Below are positions 63,592 through 64,000 of a DNA stretch of 64,000 nt, in pieces. The notes beneath the pieces were generated by a model. That model searched no databases, was not told the DNA's origin, and worked only from the letters and a program-made list of their open reading frames with translations. The DNA lies in assembly GCA_963796965.1 (NCBI GenBank), contig CAWCNS010000016.1, positions 128,001-192,000 on the forward strand, given 5' to 3'. Each line of letters opens with the position of its first letter. The first letter of the stretch is position 1. A program made the translations under genes and the position numbers. This DNA comes from Calditrichia bacterium (lineage in GTDB: Bacteria; Calditrichota; Calditrichia; JAJRVZ01).

Positions 63592-64000
63592 ATGAATTGG
63601 AAATAAAAAGGGGATTTATAAATGTAAGTGTTGCCAACCTCTATATGGAGGGAACGTACCACAGCGAAATAGTATCCCAGGCATTGTTAGGGGAAAAAGT
63701 TCTGATCAAGCGGGTGGAGAAGGACTTTAGTCTGATAGAAATGTCTGATGGATACGGGGGTTGGATAAGTAACCACCAATGGGTGATTAAAGATATCATA
63801 GAAAATGATACCCTAATGATTCGTTCTCACTTCGCAGCGGTTTATTCGGATTCAAGCGTGGATTCAATGAAAATTAGAGATGCTACATTAGGTACTATAC
63901 TCCATGTGGGCGATCGCCGGGATGGATGGATTCAGGTGAAACTACCTGATGGTAAAAGAGGGTGGGTCGAGGAAAGAATATTTGGGTCGTTCCCCAGTTG
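63592..64000 (+). CDS. 3'-truncated SH3b-domain protein, probably YkfC-like NlpC/P60 peptidase; indel right after the ATG
   Basis: The frame reads RGFINVSVANLY..SEIVSQALLGEKV..DGYGGWI..QVKLPDGKRGWV and runs off the window. The NlpC/P60 domain itself is not seen. Confidence 0.75.

Overview
AT-rich bacterial chromosomal window, most likely from an FCB-superphylum organism such as Calditrichota or a relative. This placement is inferred from lpxB, a PorZ-like protein with an FlgD-type C-terminal domain, a DUF6249/ECF pair, bacillithiol genes and the Mrp-PTS-pgi/pmi-metK gene order. Most of the window is housekeeping: lpxB, recN, mrp, PTS genes, metK, folBK, groESL with a perfect CIRCE, htpG, pyk, pdxA and MATE pumps. 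At least eleven genes, including groEL, pyk, ptsI and htpG, are broken by single-base indels, so the sequence looks like an unpolished long-read consensus and the ORF track splits or fuses several genes. The most unusual region is the first ~9 kb: an Ig-domain membrane protein, a lipoprotein-signal TPR-CHAT (caspase-like) protease with intact His/Cys, a small 2-TM protein and a stand-alone non-RD Ser/Thr kinase behind a structured leader, converging on a signal-less S8 protease plus an N-terminally extended GDPD. Other highlights are a candidate twin-hairpin sRNA (15.8-15.9 kb), a three-way-junction leader upstream of a Ca2+/Na+ antiporter (62.2 kb), an M24 aminopeptidase homologue missing three metal ligands, twin divergent ECF promoters, and several families of dispersed intergenic repeats. 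No CRISPR array, rRNA, tRNA or transposase was recognised.
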